A DNA stretch of 59,202 nucleotides, filler included, from Basidiobolus ranarum (GCA_040143965.1; 2 parts of 2 records of this genome joined end to end with filler, not necessarily neighbours in it), one strand, 5' to 3'. Positions 13,240 to 27,851 are shown, counted from the first letter of the whole stretch. Numbers and translations: made by a program. The notes: generated by a model not told the origin, from the letters alone.

Positions 13240-13608
13240 ACAACCATGGTATGGCTCAATACTGGAATATTAACAACTTAAAGATGATGATAGAGTGGAG
13301 GTTACTAATGAAGATTCCAATTTTGTTTTCATTTATCCCGTAACCTACTTCATTCAACCTCCTTCCTTCTCCTCATACAGGACAATGTATACTTATTATG
13401 TGTAACATATTCAATTATTTTCAATTAAATTAGCAAAGATAGTGATTATGTTGTTTATTGGTAGTGAGAATATGTTCCTAGGGCTGTGCTCTGCGCTTAC
13501 TTGAAAGTAATCAGTTAAAAATGAGAATCTGGGTCATGTGCTATAAAGACATGAAGATTCTGGCAAAATTGAGAATTAATAATTCATTATAGTTGAAGCT
13601 GTGTCCCA

Positions 13609-14682
13609 TTACGCGTGAACTCGCTGGGCTGATCGAACGATATTGGGGGTTTTGGTGCAAATAAAGAGTTCGTATATGACTCCACCCAACAATGCACCCG
13701 CAATCGGACCTGCTAAAGGCACCCAAAAATAATAGTTATGCTCTGTCCAGACACCACTTCCCCAACCAGCAATCGATGTGAATATCCTGGGGCCTAGATC
13801 TCTCGCAGGGTTAAGTGAATAGCTTGTCAAATAACCAGTACATATACCAATGGTCATAAGTAATACCCCCAAAAATATAGGGGCGAATTCGGCTAAATCA
13901 GCCACTTGAAATTCTTGGGAAGCGAATATCCCCATCACCAGCAACGCAGTGGACAATAACTCGGTATAAAAAGCATTCCCATTTCGTAGATATTCCTGTG
14001 GATAAGTGGCAAAAAACCCAGCGGTGGATTTTGGTCCTGAAACTTGGCGCACTCCACCATCAAATTGGTCTAACATTGGATAGAATATACTGTAAACTAA
14101 ACAAGCGGCCAGAAAAGCTCCTAATAATTGACTGAAGATATAGCCAGGAACTCGACGTAACGGGAATCTCTTGAACGCGGCAAAAGCCAAGGTAACTGCG
14201 GGGTTTAAATGGGCACCCTATGATAAGTAACGGTGAGAATTAGATTAAGGTATTACCAAAGTGCCAGCTGCTGTAAAGTTACTTACAGAAACTCCAGAGT
14301 TAATATAGATAGCTATACTCAAAGAAAATCCCCAACCAATGTTCACACTTAACCAGGAGCCGGCAATTTGGGAGTAGCTTAAAAGTACCTGGTTAACAAC
14401 CGATAGTCCAACAAATACCAGAACTAAAGTCCCCAGAAATTCGGCCAAGTAAGGTGCGTAGTTTTGACGAAAGCGGTATATCATTGGAAATTTTCTTCCT
14501 TGGATTATGGCAGTTAAAGGAGTTACTTCACTAACAGCCGTAGCATCAGATATTTCGGATATACCCGGAGTATTGATCGGCACAGAGTTGTTGGTAATTA
14601 AATTCCCAGTATTGCCATTGTAACCATGAATTTCGTCAGGTATCTCGATAACTTTTTCGCAAAACTCTGGTGTGGGAGCCAT
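13609..14682 (-). CDS. Aquaglyceroporin (MIP family), 2 exons
   Basis: AEFLGT, SG|AHLNPA across an intron at ~14218-14286, and SLNPARD. Confidence 0.93.
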
Positions 14683-15165
14683 TTGAAGAGTGTTGATGTC
14701 AAATTGGGGAACTCGTTAACTTATATAAGAAAAAAGGGAGAGAAATGGGAGAAAATGGGAGTGGTGGATGGGTAGATTACTTTGAAACCTTCGTAGATAC
14801 AAAAGAAGGATGCTACAATCAGAAATTCCACTCTAGGGGTATTAGTGAAAAATGGCTGAAATGATGTTTGGTTTCTCAGTACACACTTAATGTGACCTGA
14901 AGAGGTCAAACATGAGTTTGTCACGATGCACAGAGGTCTTTCAACATAGAGATGGAATTTAGTGCTAGTTTAGCTCTGGAAGTTCCATACAATATCGGTG
15001 ATGGACAGGAATGTGGAGATATTGGTCTCAATCGAGTGTGGATGTAGATAATTGATGCCCCTTTACCAAAGAAACCTCCTACTTTAGTTTAAGGGAGGAG
15101 AGATCCTCGAAACAAGCATACTTAAAACCAAAACAATTAAAACGTGAACATTTCATGAACATTTT

Positions 15166-15236
15166 GATGGTTAAGGAACAAAAACAAGTTGATGAACTTT
15201 TCGATGGTTAAGGAACAAAAACAAGTTGATGAACTT
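15166..15236. repeat. Tandem direct repeat, 37-bp period, 2 copies
   Basis: GATGGTTAAGGAACAAAAACAAGTTGATGAACTT starts at 15166 and again at 15203. Confidence 0.85.
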
Positions 15237-15434
15237 AATTTACCTCTTATCCGAAAGATTCTTTTTTGTGTCGAACTTTAGAAAATTACTGAACTTTCCT
15301 GCTTGTAAATGAAAATTGACTTTATTGATGCTAAGCACATGGCATCAAGAGATTAATTACATGTGGAATGGGGAAATTACTATGGGATGTTCATATCTGC
15401 AACAATGCCTCCCAGTTATTCTTATAAAATGCAT

Positions 15435-16331
15435 TTAACAATCAATTGCAAGTGCGGTCTTTTTGGTTTCTTTGTGATGTGGTCCACAATAGATAAAGAA
15501 TGTATAGACAGCACCACCCAAGATACTACCCAGTATAGGGCCAACGATAGGCACCCAGAAATAATAGTTATACGCAGTGAAACACTCTTTCCCCCAACCC
15601 GCAATCAGCAGAAACAAACGCGGTCCAAAATCTCGAGCTGGATTAAGTGCATAACCGGTCAAGTAACCAGTACTAATTCCAATTACCATTAATGTGAGGC
15701 CTAGAAAGATTGGCGCGAATTCTACCAAACTGTGTTTCTTCATATCTTCTACGGCAAATATAGCCATTACTAACACGGAGGTAGATAAAATCTCGGTATA
15801 CAGCGCGTTGCCATTGTTAAGGTAAGGTAACGGGTAAGTAGCGAAAAATCCTGCTGATCCTAAAACTCCGGTAACTTGACGTACGCCACCATCAAAATTG
15901 TCAATGGCTGGATAAAATATGCTGTAAACCAGCGCTGCACCGACAAAAGCTCCCAAGATTTGTGAGATAATATACCCAGGTACTTTGCGAAGCGGAAAGC
16001 CCTTGAGTAAGTACAATGCAATGGTTAAAGCGGGATTTAGGTGAGCACCCGAGATTCCAGCGTTAGCATAGATTGCAATACTGAATGCGAACCCAAACCC
16101 AACGTTGATACTTAGCCAAGATCCAGCGGCTCCTTTCATATTTACATGAACTTGAGTCACTACAGACAGGCCCAGAAACACTAATATAGCAGTGCTGAAA
16201 AATTCAGCCAAATAACATCGGTAAGTTGAACGAATCTTTCCCCAGGCCAGAAAGTATTCTCCATGCAAATAAGCTTGAATTCCTAAATGCTCACTGTGAA
16301 CATTGCTTGGCTGGATCTCAGGTGTGTCCAT
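15435..16331 (-). CDS. Aquaglyceroporin (MIP family), intronless tandem paralog
   Basis: AEFFST, SGAHLNPA and ALNPARD; clearly similar to the neighbouring gene. Confidence 0.95.
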   Translation of the reverse strand: MDTPEIQPSNVHSEHLGIQAYLHGEYFLAWGKIRSTYRCYLAEFFSTAILVFLGLSVVTQVHVNMKGAAGSWLSINVGFGFAFSIAIYANAGISGAHLNPALTIALYLLKGFPLRKVPGYIISQILGAFVGAALVYSIFYPAIDNFDGGVRQVTGVLGSAGFFATYPLPYLNNGNALYTEILSTSVLVMAIFAVEDMKKHSLVEFAPIFLGLTLMVIGISTGYLTGYALNPARDFGPRLFLLIAGWGKECFTAYNYYFWVPIVGPILGSILGGAVYTFFIYCGPHHKETKKTALAIDC

Positions 16332-17029
16332 AATGGTTTGCAGAGTATTATAGCTTCTTTTTAACCAACGAGTAGATTTTTCAGAAAAACTTTCTGAAAG
16401 AGAAGTCGAGTGATTGAGGTGCGAGGAATTGAGCTTATATATCTTCGTAAGTCGTGGTTGACGAAATAAGTTTTGATATCAAAAGGGATTTTCCCATTTT
16501 TAAATCTCGTGAACTAAGTTTAAGTTCGATTAGGAGTACGAAAGAAATATACTTCGAAAACCTCCTCCATAAGACACTTGTATTTGCTAAAAATGGAGTA
16601 AATGATATTGTGGATAGTTATATTCAAAAAGAACCATATATCTCCCCTGCATATTCCACTCTTTATATCCTCAACGCAAGTGTTTCTTGTACTGTATTGG
16701 AACCCTTCTTCAGGGTTGAAAAGATAAAATATGAATCCGTCTCGAATTGGTGTCACATTACCCCAGCTTGTCATAAAAAACACTAACTAAAGATTTCCAA
16801 CGTGCGAACAAGCTAGTTACTAATAACACTATCCAGTTATCTCCAATTTCTAATTTATTAGGCATCGATCGTGGCAATGCAGCGAATATAGGTTTCAAAT
16901 GAGCTGGTATATATCTGTCTGTTCAGTGCTTGATTAGATAATAGGGTCGATTCAGTATGATCAATTTTTACAATATAATTTTGATAGTTCAAATGACCTA
17001 GCGTGCTTCGTTCTAAACAACAACCAAGA

Positions 17030-18503
17030 ATGTCGAATAACACACCGAGATGTATGCAAGAGTTTAGCCTGATACCTGTGGGTACAAAGACTTATCGAGT
17101 GCGAAGTTCTGGTTTAGAAAGTACGTTACGACCATTGGAAGATATAGAACATTTGACTCATGAGAAATATAATAGGTTTAAAGAAAGGAAAGGAAGACGC
17201 ACCAGTGTCAGGTGAAATGATTCTTAATAAATGGAGTTTGAACCTTTGTTATTAACGGAGCTGGGTTGCTTTATTCATGCAGGAAAGACTTCTTTAGATG
17301 AGCTTAACTTTGAGACTATAAAAGTCCAAGTACCAAAGGCTATGTTCGGCATCTTGATAGGTACCCTATGTAAATCTCATTCTCAAAAATATCAATGGTG
17401 TTCCAACTTTCCTTCAACATAGGAAAACGCGGTGCAAATCTGATCAAGCTGCGCTCAGAAACAGGTGCCAAAATTTTGATACCAAAGTTAGAAGAAAGCA
17501 GTGATTTTATCAGTGAGTCATATATCTTCTATTGAAGTTGGTGCAAACCCAAAATAACATGTTGCGTGCTCGTTATTTAGCGATCACCGGAACCACGGAA
17601 TCGGTGAATCAGGCGAAAAAGCGAGTAGAAGAAATTATTGAAGAGGTACCAACATGAATTCATATTGCCGTATCTGCTTCAAGCTTACCATTTCTTTTAA
17701 GGCGCTTGAAAAACTCCCACCGACCCATTTTTTGATGTTTTCGTTACCAGATACCTATTTACATAAGAAAGTAATCGATTTTCGCGACCAAATCAAAGGA
17801 CTTCGTGCAAATGACGTTGACCCCAATATGTTCACTCACGTACACTCATTACATATCACCATTGGAATGCTTCGCTTGATCAGCCCTGAAGATATTCTGG
17901 CTGCAGGGAAGATATTGAAGGAGCTGACGGAGAGCGTCAATGATTGCGTGAAGGATAGGTCTTTGTTGATTCGATTGGCTGGTCTGGCCATTATGGACAG
18001 TAGCTCAGGTTCGTACCAGAATTGGCTTATTCAGTTATTGTTGACCAACATTGTTCTCTAGAAAACACAAATGTATTGTACGCGCGTGTAGAGGAAGTCG
18101 AAGCAGATGGAAGATTAATGAGTTTGATTGGTAAGCTAATGAACCTTACTTTTCTTCAGCACGATAAAGCCAACATACATAATTCCAATCCAGATCTCCT
18201 CCGAGCTCGATTCAAGGAGGCCGGCTATCTCGTAGATACGCACTCAACGTTCAAGGTATGTGAGTTCCCCTCCTCATCCATGCGATGATTCTAACGTGCA
18301 TCTGTTACTAGATTCATGTCACTCTAATCAACTCGAAATACGCTTCAACTGATGAGCGCAAATCTTTTGATTCAACCTTGATATTGCGTCAATTCGGGGA
18401 TACTGATTTTGGTAGCGTCAAATTGCCTGATATCCGGCTAGCTAAGAGGGCACTCGATAGAAATATGGAGTACATATGCGAAAGTAAAATCTCACTTCCG
18501 TAG
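17030..18503 (+). CDS. ASCC1: ASCC1-like KH + 2H phosphoesterase (AKAP7-like) protein (multi-exon)
   Basis: KH GxxG loop (FGILIG|KRGANLIKLRSETGAKI), PPTHF, and two HxT motifs (LHITIGML, IHVTLINS). TAG at 18501-18503. Confidence 0.8.
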
Positions 18504-18630
18504 AAGCGAGTGTGCATAAATATTTCAATAAAGGGAATTCTGATTGGGCTAGGTTTTGTTCGTTGATTTTATTTGTCCAGTTGTGTATGGTCTATTAGAG
18601 TAAAGATTGGGGATGAAATTCTACATGTTG

Positions 18631-19540
18631 CTAACCGCTCCACCAGGAGACCAAGCCAAGACCATCTTCTTGAATGGAACACTAAATAGATTGGTGGTTA
18701 GATGCATTCTCATATATGTGTTATCATCTGTTAACTTACCACAAGAGAGTACGGTGGCTCGATGGGCTTAGGTTCTGCCGACTCGCTGCTCTTTTGCTTG
18801 TTTTTGGCGTCTGGGATTGGTGTAGTGTCAACGAACATTTCGTCGATCACACGAAGTCGAATGATTTCGTCAATATCCATGAAAAGCTCGTTTCCGTCAA
18901 AGCGCCACACCCATACTTGCTCATTTTGATCACTATCGATAGTTGGTTAGTACACAAGCGGTGGTGAATGGCTGTGAATAATGTTACTCACAATTCAGTG
19001 CTTTCTTGTAACAAAGCCGGAGGAATTAAGATATCATCAAAGAAGCCCAGAGATACTAAATTCATCCCAATGAGTAAACGACTATCTGATGAAAGGTTTT
19101 CAATGCTACTAACCTCTAACACCTTCAGAACTACAACTACGAATCTTTCCCGTAATTACCTCCCCAAGGAACGGCCTAAAAACGACCAATCTAAACTTGA
19201 CTGACAGCAAAAGCAGATTAGAGGGATCCTATAATAAATAAATTCCTTAAACATGGATAAAGTGATACCTTTAACATAGCTACAACCATCGCTGTGATGA
19301 ATAAAGCCCTCACTAGCCTCTAGAATGTCGTGCAGGCAAATGCATAAGCCAACATCGTGAACGACCTTTGTAAAAGACAACAATAAGAATACACAAGATT
19401 CATACGGATTCTCTTGACATTGCACAAACCTTGTTTGCATATTTTTTATTGATTTCATCAGCTAGAGCATCATTCTTACTTTTCCGAAAATTTTGTGGAA
19501 CAGTTTTGACCGTGTCTTTAAATACAGACAATATAAACAT
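18631..19540 (-). CDS. RPC25: RNA polymerase III subunit RPC8/C25 (multi-exon)
   Basis: MFILSVFKDTVK...INKKYANK|VVHDVGLCICLHD...FRPFLGEV...SLGFFDDILIP...EDGLGLVSWW. Confidence 0.92.
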
Positions 19541-19944
19541 ATCGCAGTGAGAGTGTGGGGGTGGGCGTGGGCGTGGTCGCAAGTGCTCTCTATAGGAACA
19601 TTTGGTGCCTGCGAAACAGTACAAAAAAAATTGTTTTTCCAGGCACTTTTTATTAGCGACGAATTGTGAATCGCAGAATGATCAAATTAATTGATTGATA
19701 CAGAAGTCGAGTTGACTTCAATAAATAGTAAATATAACTAATATGGAAAGATTTGGGACTAACCTGGTGAAAACAAAACAAACCAACAAATAGTACTGAA
19801 AATTAATGCTATCTGGTATTTCCACATACTCAAGTTGCCAAAGTGACCGGTGAGCTCACTTTTAGTTGCAGAGATTGACGAGTTGAATATAAAGTATCAC
19901 ATTGAATAACAAAGCAACCGAAATCCTGTCAAGCACACTCTTCT
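19541..19944. promoter_or_regulatory. Short divergent intergenic region between RPC25 and separase (candidate bidirectional promoter)
   Basis: About 400 bp between head-to-head start codons; tandem GGGCGTGG GC-box-like motifs at 19563-19576. Confidence 0.45.
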
Positions 19945-22900
19945 ATGTCAGACGTTGAATCAACAACACACCTCCTCAGCACATTATCAGATTTTAAACT
20001 ATGTAATTCAGACCTAAGCAATCAAATACGGAATCTGTTGCTTTCTCCCTTTAGTCTGGCTGTGCCGAATACCTCACGCACTCGTAGACTAGAGAAAGCT
20101 GCAGATTCTATTGACCTCAAGGCGCACGCAACAAAATATGGATCCTTCGCCATGAGGATCATAAACCAGAACACAGCAAAAATGAATACTCTAAAGACAC
20201 GCAACACGGCTGAGGAGGATTTAGCAGAAGCTACTCATTGTCTAATTGACAGCTCCTTTTGTGCAATAGAAGCTCTTGATAAAATGCGGGAACATTTGAA
20301 TATAAAATCACTGGAGCTTGAAAAGGCCACCTCAAATCTGATAACCCTATCAATCGATTTTCGAATGGTAATCCAGCAATACCTTGTTTCCTGGTAGATA
20401 GATTATTAACAATTTGATAGTATACGAAAGGGTTGGACGAATTGAGAAAACTGCGCGACAGACTGATAGTAGCGAGTGGAGGAAAACCCAATTCTACAAA
20501 AAGAACAGGCACTGCTTCTGCGAGAGGGGGGAAAACCAATGCTAGAGTTCGAACGGTCAAAAGTACCACTAGAAAACCCAAAAATTCACCAGAGCCAAGT
20601 GGCGTGGATTCAGTGACATCATATGCTGAATATTTTGACTTTCCTCTGAACGACAAATGTACCGATCGTGAACTAATATTGTTGATTCTTGCATGCCAAT
20701 TAAATGTCATACGATGTTTATCTGAAATCGACTATTTCGGCTTCGCTAAGGTCTATTCCTTTTCACTTAAAATGAGGGAAACAAGAACTAACGTTGAGGA
20801 TTTTAGGTATACCTGGAGGACTTGTGTCGAAAGGATGGGAATGCATTTGACTGGTGCATGAAACTAAAAGCCATAAACCAGGAGAACGCTTCTAAACAAA
20901 CAGAGTTGATGTTTCGTGCCCTTCAGCGAGTAGCTGCAAAAGTCAATTCCGAAAACGGTAGCCAATTCCAATCCATTTTTTCTCACTTGGTCCAATGCTT
21001 AACTTTTGACTAGGATTATATAGTTTTAAATTGCGCTCACTATCAATGAGATTCTTCTATGAATCCACTTTGTTCAGTGTCAACGAATTTTGTGATCTAG
21101 TTGTTAAAACGGCCATAACGTATGACAAAAGTGTCCCTAAAGGTAGTAGTGAATATTTACAGCTGTGCGATGTTTGGACTAACTCGGTTATATCTTAGAC
21201 GACTCTAAATATCAAAGTTTGCTAATTTACTTCAAGCAGATGGGAAACTTGTTAAGCCTACACACACGAGATGTCGAAAGCTCTCCAAAATTACTAGCAT
21301 TCAGGGAATATTACATTCATGTTGCAAAGAAGGTACCTTCATTTTCTACGGTTATGTTTATTATAGGTCAAAAAATTCAAATTACTTTCTCAGCTTAACG
21401 ACATGGACAGTGTGAAGGCTGCAAACAACCTGGTAGTTTCCATGAACCCACCCAATCCAGCCGGTCAGGAGTCCACCTCTGGTAAGAGTCTCAAAAACTC
21501 TTCTGCTAGCTTGAATTTTGCCAGTACAGTCCTTCAAGAAAAACTCTCCAAGCCCCCAAGTAAGTGCTGTAAGCTAAATAGTTTATTTCAGTATCTTCTA
21601 ACTTTTTCTTATCTCAGACAGGGGTAAAGAACCTCACGATCCGATTTTGGTTCTCGACGAAGCCTTCAAAGTACTGAGTATTGCCCTTGCGGATTTTGGG
21701 AGAGATGGCGAAGAAAATACCTTAGATATCAATGAAGTTCGACGCTTCTTACGATCTATTGACATGTACAGAAAGTCTCACTCGGCATTTATTAGTAAAG
21801 AGCAGGGTGAAACTACGGAGATGTGCAAACTTACCTCTAAATCCGAGTTGGTTTTGTTTTTAGCTATTGAGGTAGCATGTAATGCATGTTCTACCAATGG
21901 AGTATTCGTAAGTATAGGCCAGTATATTCAGTCTGCTTCAATCAAATATTCACAAGTATTTAAACAACTCAGGGCATTCCAGGGATGCTTCAACCAGATT
22001 CAGATAAAATCGGCCTCAACCTTGTCGATTTCGTGGTGTTTCAGGCCCGGATGATGTTTGAGAAAGATACAACTAAGAGTACCAGCAAGATACTGCTTCT
22101 GTTGGATAAGGCTGCATCTATCGGAGATTCGACCAGCTCCCGTGAAGGCATCAAATGGGTAGCAAGTTCTTGCTACAACTTCGGAATTGCACTCTACAAA
22201 TGCAAAAATTATCCACTTGCCATTACTTACCTCTCCAAGTCTTGTCAACTTCTGGAGCAATTTGCGGAGGCAAAAGCCTCCAACTTAGAGGCGCAAAGTA
22301 AAAGCGACCTTTGGATGCAACTCAACAAACGATACGAGGCTTTGGGGATATGTCAACAGGCCATCGGTGATTTCAAGGTATACGTTTATTGTGTACCTTT
22401 TTATTCATATTTTTATTAATGTACTCTTTTGTAGAACGCACAATGGTCCTTCGCAAAGTCAATGGTTTATATTCCTGAAATCGATACAAAGCCGCTTCAG
22501 AATAGCAAATCCACCGCACCTCTCTTGAACTTGATAAACCCTTTGGTTAGCAGATATATCAAAGCTGGTATTCATACGAAAGATCAAACCTACCGATCTC
22601 TTTACGAGCTCCCACAAATGGAATCCATTGAAAAGTCTAATCTTGGCTACATTCTGGAAAAGGAGATGTATTTTTTAGAGATATTCGGAGCGCATTATCC
22701 CACCCAGAATCCACGTCAAAGTATTATAGAACGAACTTTGGATATATATGTAGCTGAGGAATATCCCATCAGAAGAGCAAGAGTTTTGATTGAGAAATGC
22801 AAAATCTCTAGGTTCTCTCAAGCTGACGGCGAAGGAACTCTGAAACTATCTCAAGAAGCATTAGAATTACTCAAGAATGAGCCAAACGGTGAGGATATCA

Positions 22901-25900
22901 GCCTCGATTACTTGAGAAATCATTATCTTGCAATCGCGTTCTCCTGGAACGGCATCTTACTTGTAGAGAACGAACAATACGATCCTAAACCATTCAGAAT
23001 GGCTTTACAATTGTGGAACCGATTAATGAGTGACTTGCCTTGGTATGGAAACGGCAAAGTTTCGGTTCACAGCATCGCTAAATCTCGAGAAATATTCGGC
23101 GATGTAGAGGCTCTTTACGCACACCTTTATATGCTTACCGAATATTTTGGTATTTTAGAGCAGTATGTTTATCAGATTATGTGTTTGAGATTGATGTTGA
23201 AATTGAACAATATCCGCAAGAATAATTCCGAAGCTGCTGAAGATACTGTAAAGGCTTATATGGGAATCGGAGATTCGTATTTACGACTTGGGTATACTGG
23301 GCAATCTGGATTAGCATTGTCTCAGGCCAAATCTTTGTTGGACTCAAGTGGTTGTTCTGCAGATGTTAAACTTATGTGGTTCTTAAATTACGCTCGCTAT
23401 TTGTGTACAATTGGAAATGAAGAGAAATGTTTGACCGCGTTTAACTCAGCTAGAAACTTCGGAGAGGAATGGATAGCAAAATCACAAGATACCAATAGTA
23501 AACGTGCAATCAAGAAGTTGTTAGGAAAAGCGTACTATGTTCGCTCTATCATAATGCACCGAATGGGTTTCCTGGATTTTGCTATTATAGATGCTACTAA
23601 ATCACTTCGATTTCTGAGTTCTATAGCCCACAGCTATTCTAAAGCTGCAGGTAAACTTAAGCAAGGTCAGATAGAGATGGACTCCACACTTGGCCTGGAT
23701 TCCAATGGGAAGAAGTCTTATAACATGGAACTACATGGTCTTTTGGGTGCATCATCTCAATGGGAAGTCGTCAAAGACCTATTGGACCTGTTCAGTCATA
23801 CCTCACGCCTACATGAAATGAGAGGATCCATCAAAGAGGCTGAGTATTTCAATCGTAGAGGTTTAGAGCTTGCCCAAGCTACCCGAAGCCATGGCGCAAT
23901 GAACATCTTCTTGCTGTCGGATGCTGAACTGGCATATCGAAAGTATCTTTGGAATGAGAGCAGAGAAGCCCTGAATCAGGTTGTTGAGCATCAGGCTCAA
24001 ATGAAGGACGATGTTTTTAATTTGGATCAAGCTATGGCCTATCTGAATTTAGGAGAATTAAATCTAAGACAAGAAGAATATGAGGAAGCTTTGGAATCCT
24101 TTGAAATGGCAGAGGAAAAAATCACCGCTTCTATGGATGAGGAATTCATTAAAAACCTTGAGGAACTCTCGCTTCCTGAATGGCAGACACCTAGAGAGAA
24201 GCGTATGATTGATGCGCTACCCACTGAGCTACTCAAATCCGACCCACTGAAGAAGAGTAAAGTCCAATTCGAATGTTCTATGCTCTCTCATTTACATGGA
24301 ATTCTTTCATGTCGATTAGGTGGCCTATTTATAAAGAATGGTGATCTACAAGAGGGAGAGAAGATCATGGACTTGGTTGACACTAGACATCAGTTGAAAC
24401 CCGAGCGAGCAGAATTTGAATTAAATTTAGCGAGAATCAAACTTCAAGAGGCTGCCTCATTACTTGAAAGTCATCAGACTCTAAGAATGCTGCAAGACTC
24501 TGTTCTTGTCCTTCCTGTACTAGAGTTTTCTTCCCAAAAAGTGGTGAAGAGACGCGGACGAACGGAAACCACGATAGCAAATATCGGGAAACTGTTTGAC
24601 CAAGCCCAAGAATATTTGCACAATGCATATTGCTTGGCTTTCGACTCGGCGATTCCGTATGTCATACATGAAGTGTGTTTAGCTAGGGCTGCATTATTCA
24701 TGCTAAAAACTTATTCAGATCCATCAACACATGCACTTTCTCTTGATACTTCACTAATGACTGCATTCACCCTTGAGATGACTAAGGCAGTGACAGCCCG
24801 CCGTGAATTCTTATCGTTGCTAAGGAGTCGCCTTGGCCCTCAAACTAGCGATGACGATTACTGTTGGCCAGATGAGATCAGCAATACACGTTTAATGACA
24901 AATCAAGAAGCAAGGCCATCAACGGTGGAGAGCGATTATAAAAGTGAGATTCTTGATTATTATGAAAGAGAGCTATTGATAGAACCAGAAGAATTTCAAG
25001 ATAAATTCATCAACGGCATACCCGACGAGTGGACTGTATGTTCAATGTCGGTTGACCTCGAACGTGAAATGCTTTATATTGTTAGATATAGAGCTATGCA
25101 TGTGCCGACTGTTCTAAGGTTGCCTATGCGAAGACATTTCCTACGCGAAGGTGAAGAGGGTAGCTTTTCATTTAAGGAAGCATTTGATGAACTTCAAAAA
25201 ATCCTGCATGCGAGTGATCAAACCACAAGTAAAGATCGACGCTACGAAACACGTGAAGAAAAACTCGCATGGTGGGAAGAAAGGAAAGATTTGGATACGA
25301 AACTGAAGTTATTGTTAGATAACCTCGAAAAGTACTGGCTGGGTGGATTCAAAGTAAGTCTTACCATCTTAACTTATTCTTTTTGTTGATAGTAATGAAC
25401 AAACAACCCTCCATTAGAATATTCTTGTGCCTGGATCTCATGCCTCTCCCAAATGTATTGAGGAGTTCTCCATGGCGGTGCACAATTTGTTATTGCGAAC
25501 AGCGGCCCCCAAGTCTATTGGAAAAGTGCGACAGGTCATGATTGACAATGAAATAGCGCAAAGCCTACTACTATTAGGGAGCAATGCCAAAGACACGGAT
25601 ATTGAGGATGTGATTTATTTTTTGCTTGATATATACATGTATAGTGGTGTTCCAGTAGAATTTGACGAGATTGACTTTGATGAAGTAAGAATTGGAAATC
25701 CTGCCGTCTTTGTTGTTGTATTCATGAAACTGACTCGCCCTTCTCTAGCTTATAGAAGACTTCAAAAGTACCATCCTCTCTTTCGCTAGCCACTTGGAGA
25801 ACCCCACTAGTGATAGTCATATGATACTTATTCTGGATAAACACTTGCAGGCTTTCCCGTGGGAAAGTACCAATGTTCTAAGGAGTGTTCCTGTCTCCAG

Positions 25901-26720
25901 ATTACCCTCGTTGTCTTTTCTCAGAGATCGAATTCTACATACGAAGTGTGCAAGCAAAAACAATTCTCACAAGCTTTATGTGGATCCTAAGCATACATCG
26001 TACATTTTGAATCCAAGTGGTGATCTGAAGAGCACCCAGAAAGAATTTGAAGATTTTTTGAAAAGGTTGACTCGAGTTTAACGTCTTTGCTTTTTGGATC
26101 CACTGATTTATCTTCTTTTGACTTTAGTAAGCAAACATGGAATGGAATCATCGAAAGGACGCCTACTGAGACCGAATGGGAAGATGCTTTATTGAAAAAT
26201 GAAATTTACCTGTAAGTGAAAATAAGCTAGAATGTGTTGTAACATCTTCGATTTTAACGATTTCGTTATAGCTATTTTGGGCACGGTGGTGGCGAACAAT
26301 ATATACGTGGCCAACGTATTCGACAACTAGAAAGATGCGCGGTAACATTCCTTCTGGGTTGTAGCAGTGGGCATCTTCGGCCAGCAGGTGAATTCGATCC
26401 AACTGGCACTGCAATGAACTATATTATAGCTGGATGGTAAGCTCAGTTTGACTGTTTGTGAACACATGTATCATACACTAACGACTGTCTATCAAAGCCC
26501 TTCATTAGTAGCTAACCTTTGGGATGTCACTGACAAGGATATCGACCGGTTCAGTATCGCTATGTTTGAAGAGTGGGGACTATCAGAGAGTGGGGATAGT
26601 GAAAATGAAACATCTATAGCCCATGCAGTTACTAAAGCTCGCAACGCCTGTACATTGAAATATTTGATTGGCGCGGCACCAATTGTCTATGGGATTCCTT
26701 CCTATCTCAAAAGGACATGA
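19945..26720 (+). CDS. ESP1: Separase (peptidase C50), multi-exon
   Basis: Long helical N-terminus, WWEERKDLD...WLGGFK, LILDKHLQAFPWES...VSRLPS, YILNPSGDL, catalytic YFGHGGGEQY and LLGCSSG, VANLWDVTDKDID, YLIGAAPIVYGIP. Confidence 0.95.
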
Positions 26721-27078
26721 AGCAGCTATGAAAGCCTGTATATTAACGCGTAATAATATGAAAAGCTGCCTGTTCTGTTGAGTCATTTAGACAATCTTGT
26801 GTTAATAGTAATATTCATGTTTCGTGAAACATTGTAACAGTTTAATGTAATAGTGTTGTCGTAATAAATCTAACCCTAAATCCATTACCATGTATTATCG
26901 GCATTGGTTTCCAATTGGAAATTCGATATTCTTGAATACCCTGATCCAGCCCTAATCCACTCAACATCACTCTACTGATCATCTCAATATCAAATTTTTA
27001 GGATGGTTTCATCATCATATAATATCCTGATAAGGTTATGATTTAGACTCGCATCGGAAACCCAACTTACTGCTTACT

Positions 27079-27851
27079 ATGTCTTCCCAAGAACGATACA
27101 CCTTAAGGTGCGTTGTTTTATCAGATAATGCACGAGAGTACGTGATGGCGAACAACAAAAGCTCATTTGATGCCTTAGACATCCTCACACTGCTATTGTT
27201 TGCCATAATATCACTCATGGTAGTTTGAGATTCTGTTTATTTGAGGACAAAATGAACCTTCTATCTAGCCATAAATATTTAATATATCAAATATTAGGTA
27301 AAAGGGAATTACGGTTGGCTCGTCTCTGCTGTATTATTAGGGATTTGGATTAAATCTAAACTAGGCCATATCCGACAAGGTTTGTTTGATACTTCAATAG
27401 ATCTAGCCCTTACCTTTTCTTAATAAATACGTCGACTTGAGTACTTTGCTGTATAGTGATCTAATCATACACTATAAAGAATCAATATTAGCAGTGCGTG
27501 ATGTGGGAGTTCAGGTGAAAACAACATACTTAATGGGGCGTACCGTTAGTCAGTTTATAGACAAGTCCAAAATAGGAGAAATCATCATCAATGAAGGATT
27601 TACTATGCTTCAAGTAAAGTATTATCTCGCAATTATTGTTGAGAAAAAGAAGATGGTAGTGGTATTTGAGGTATGCCATTTCTAAACTCTATCCTGCCCA
27701 CAAGATTTTAATACAGCTTTGCTATTCGTAGCACCTATTACCCCGCTTGAACATTCTACTAACGGTGTATAGAGGCACAAGAGCCATCATGTTTAATGAG
27801 CACGAAGAATTTTCACCTGAGAACCACGAGGAAGAAAACTCAAATCATTGA
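27079..27851 (+). CDS. GPI15: GPI-GlcNAc transferase subunit PIG-H/Gpi15-like (multi-exon)
   Basis: Two TM segments, then ESILAVRDVGVQV...FIDKSKIGEIIINEGFTMLQVKYYLAIIV...VVFE|HLLPRLNIL. TGA at 27849-27851. Confidence 0.85.

Noticed and set aside
16454-16786. 110-aa ORF and its antisense ORF upstream of the aquaglyceroporin
   Set aside because: Non-ATG start, no motifs, and located in an AT-rich divergent promoter region.
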